From NCBI GenBank assembly GCA_029715105.1, contig CP085695.1:390001-422000 (forward strand): 32,000 bases of DNA. The letters are read 5' to 3'. Below, in pieces: positions 30,401-32,000 of the stretch (its first letter is position 1; each line of letters begins with the position of its first letter). The stretch is from Candidatus Saccharimonadota bacterium. Lineage in GTDB: Bacteria > Pseudomonadota > Alphaproteobacteria > Rickettsiales > Anaplasmataceae. Made by a program: the position numbers and the translations under genes. The notes beneath the pieces are model-generated. The model was given only the letters and a program-made list of their open reading frames with translations, was not told the origin of the DNA and did no database searches.

Positions 30401-30700
30401 TGATAAACCATGAGTATCAGAAGAAGATATATTGGGTGACGACCCCAAGGAAAAGTCCAATTCCCTTAAATCAGTTATCAATATATTTTCTGAACATGTC
30501 ATCCACTTTTTAAGTGTATTATAGATACGATCTTCTATTTCTTTTGCCGCAGCATCGGTAAATGTTAAACAAAGAATATTCTTTTTATTTTCTAGTAATA
30601 ACTTTAATACTCTATCTATTAGAATCTTTGTTTTACCGGTACCGGCGGATGCACTTACCCATACAGAAAAACTAGGATTAATTGCTTTTAATCTTATCAA
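27416..30700 (-). CDS. addA: Double-strand break repair helicase-nuclease AddA (UvrD/Rep superfamily 1 helicase with a C-terminal PD-(D/E)XK nuclease)
   Basis: 1094 aa with the helicase motifs SASAGTGKT (I), CLTFTDAAAKE (Ia), ILIDEAQDNS (II), FVVGDIKQSIYRFQGA (III), TVHKSKGLQAPIVFLV (V) and LLYVALTRAEDELYI (VI). The C-terminal RecB-type nuclease motifs are GRIIHDILRYM and QLDRLCITKNKVIIIDYKS. The start is TTG at 30700. Confidence 0.85.
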   Translation of the reverse strand: MIRLKAINPSFSVWVSASAGTGKTKILIDRVLKLLLENKKNILCLTFTDAAAKEIEDRIYNTLKKWMTCSENILITDLRELDFSLGSSPNISSSDTHGLSFQSRKNEIKARKLFFNLESLGLTVQTIHSFCHKLISKFPIEAGISPNYSLSECKELHSIVFDKMLHNKIIQDDINFIAARIDENRLRDLLYILYTKRLFLTDDLEYIKNRLNVSNKISNLENEIVIYVKKLAEILSKGGKRDQDYSAMLTNLCNLLNIQVCESESQNDSDVSYLDEIDVNTKNIMEFFLKSRLNEKKNISSIITKGTLKRFKDSVRIIENIQNKALSYIRNINSYQIFRRTSSLLKIFKIYINLYNDEKSKKALLDYDDIIRLAKNLINNSEYKNWISESDQEINHILIDEAQDNSIDQWEIITSLCDKFFTDNKDKRTLFVVGDIKQSIYRFQGANPHLFNRMQRYLYTKIGSRDWILCQLEKSFRSAPHILAFVDKLFNNFRKEITFTNNEIKHIPHRKNDQGYLEIWPPIPRYKEKKLQALQIHLVKEENYITTAEQLLSQAIARKIFNWLSEGRILSSKNRHIEPRDIMILVRQRNMLVNCIVNEFKKANISIIGQNYHRIMDYIVVQDLVALAEFLLLPTNDFALANVLKSPLFNFTDDDLFNIAYNREKHSLWERLEKYNNAVFNELNDLINLSHINSFVSLFAQVLHTGKKKFATRLGLECFEILDEFMNLVLQFENLSLQAFIQWIKENNPEIKIDMQSRGDNAIRIMTVHKSKGLQAPIVFLVDTNTVPKNTGGSIIFDTMMAPFWYEKNDNAYCKKIKKDAKLEDYNEYLRLLYVALTRAEDELYILSKDPVQKGSWYDLIIKYGEPYKKKKVDLYPIFKKEIEVLCTNMNYLYVYKKRDCSLSDSIILSSQNSEFNTPLNQCLVFGSNEKRNIDFNATEERITSNSNYYERGRIIHDILRYMPKIERNRRKSWIKGYLDDLNTKEDKREIYNKISAFSERYDYLFSLKGRSEIILSGVINGKSILVQLDRLCITKNKVIIIDYKSHRSVSTSVLNEIKKQMLIYKALVKKIYPDKKVECIVIWIENLTLQFIF

Positions 30701-30779
30701 AAGTAAAACTCTATAAAAGTTGACTAAAGTAACATTACAAAATATACTTCATAAAGTAATATTAGTGAAGATTTTACAT

Positions 30780-31649
30780 ATGAAAAGTTTTTGTGTAAGG
30801 GCTCCCGCAAAAATTAATCTTTTTTTGCATATTATAGGAAAAGAAAAAATAGGTTATCATCTGATTGAAGGTTTATTCGTTTTTGCTAATCTTTCTAATT
30901 ACTTAGAAATAAAAGTAGGTGAAAAAGATTTCAGATATGATAAATCATCTATAGTTGAATTTGTGAATTCTGAACTTAAAATAAGCAATAAATATAACAC
31001 CGTCATAAAAGCAATCAATCTATTACTTAGACATGCTCCTGCACGAACTAAAGTCATTGTAAAAGTTATAAAAAACATACCAATAGCTGCTGGTTTAGGT
31101 AGCGGTTCTTCTGATGCTGGAGCCGTAATACGTACATTAGGAAAATTATGGAAGATTGATAGATCAATTTTAAATGAAATAGCTTTAAATGTTGGAGTTG
31201 ATGTCCCTGCAAGTATAGATAATAAACCAGTTTTAGTAAAAGGTATCGGTGAAGAATTATGTTCCGTACAGAAATTATCTTTACCAACCAACATAGTACT
31301 TATTAAACCCAAGAAAAAATTTTTGAGCACACCAGAAGTATTTTCTAAATATAATAAAGATTTCTCAAAACCAATTGAATGGAATAACGATTATAATAAA
31401 AAAGATTTATTAAATTTTCTCAAAGAGGCAAAAAACGATCTCCAAGAAATAGCGATGAACCTAGTACCAGAAATCGAAAATATAATATCAGCACTAAAAT
31501 TACAAGGTTCTATATTATCTCGTATGTCAGGAAGCGGTGTAGCATGCTTTGGAATATTTAATAGTGAGAAAAGTGCAGAAATTGCTGCAAGAAATATTAA
31601 AGGAATACAACCAGAATGGTGGGTACATAATACCCAATTAATAATTTAA
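30780..31649 (+). CDS. ispE: 4-diphosphocytidyl-2-C-methyl-D-erythritol kinase (MEP pathway)
   Basis: The N-terminus is APAKINLFLHI and the GHMP kinase motif is PIAAGLGSGSSDAGAV. I prefer ATG at 30780 (MKSFCVRAPAKINLF...) over the TTG at 30720. Confidence 0.9.
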   Translation: MKSFCVRAPAKINLFLHIIGKEKIGYHLIEGLFVFANLSNYLEIKVGEKDFRYDKSSIVEFVNSELKISNKYNTVIKAINLLLRHAPARTKVIVKVIKNIPIAAGLGSGSSDAGAVIRTLGKLWKIDRSILNEIALNVGVDVPASIDNKPVLVKGIGEELCSVQKLSLPTNIVLIKPKKKFLSTPEVFSKYNKDFSKPIEWNNDYNKKDLLNFLKEAKNDLQEIAMNLVPEIENIISALKLQGSILSRMSGSGVACFGIFNSEKSAEIAARNIKGIQPEWWVHNTQLII

Positions 31650-31865
31650 TTATTAAACACAGATTCCTCCAGTTATTAGTAAAAATTTTATGGAATTTAA
31701 TTAAAACAAAATTCTTATAAAAAGAAAAAAGCTTTCCATGATTTTAATGGAATATTCAATCTTTTATTGATAAAATTCTACTTCTAGAAACCAATGTACA
31801 ATTATATACGAAAAGAATTTTGCCGCTTTTATTTTAAAATAATAAAATAATAAGTATAAAATAGC

Positions 31866-32000
31866 ATGCTTGAGATCTTTTCACAGTACTTTTTTGTCAA
31901 CAGTCTGATTACAATAGTAATAATTGGTCTTGTAACTGGTGCACTTGGTTCGTTCATGATATGGCAAAAATTATCATATCTTGGTGATAGTTTATCTCAT
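31866..32000 (+). CDS. Metal (zinc/manganese) ABC transporter permease, ABC-3/ZnuB family, 5' fragment truncated by the window end
   Basis: ATG at 31866 opens a frame that runs to the window edge. The product MLEIFSQYFFVNSLITIVIIGLVTGALGSFMIWQKLSYLGDSLSH fits the ZnuB-like N-terminal pattern G.LG.F..W.....Y.GDSL.H. Confidence 0.7.
   Translation, partial: MLEIFSQYFFVNSLITIVIIGLVTGALGSFMIWQKLSYLGDSLSH

Noticed and set aside
30899-31330. A 143-aa ORF, and a nested 73-aa ORF (31066-31287), antisense to ispE.
   Set aside because: They lie entirely within and opposite a gene with clear GHMP-kinase motifs. The translation is low-complexity with no motif. Long antisense frames are expected from the codon bias of AT-rich genes.

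Overview
This is a very AT-rich chromosomal segment (roughly 27-30% G+C by eye). Its gene content and layout fit a reduced, obligate-intracellular alphaproteobacterium of the Rickettsiales, most like Anaplasmataceae/Ehrlichia. That lineage call is inference from protein motifs, a MEP-pathway ispE, scattered complex subunits and long spacers, not from a database hit. I call 23 protein genes, almost all housekeeping: infA, maf, an AGCS symporter, ftsZ, ybeY, sdhB, pgpA, gpsA, an MrpD/NuoN-like subunit, a PBP5-type D-Ala-D-Ala carboxypeptidase, gatA, an AEC transporter, acpP-fabF, a YihY-family protein, an SDR, lepA, malonyl-CoA decarboxylase, addA, ispE and the 5' end of a znuB-like permease. 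Two RNA genes are invisible to the ORF track: RNase P RNA (8712-9068, minus) and an initiator tRNA-fMet (24795-24868, minus). I found no CRISPR array, transposase, integrase, phage gene or recognisable defence or toxin system. About 22-23% of the window is ORF-free spacer DNA. The best candidates for novelty are an isolated 605-aa orphan protein with two hydrophobic hairpins and a long coiled coil (25302-27119), a membrane-anchored tandem degenerate FKBP-like protein (17957-18868), and a few G+C-enriched or strand-skewed islands in the long spacers that could be small RNAs or gene relics. All functional calls rest on motif recognition by eye; no searches were run.
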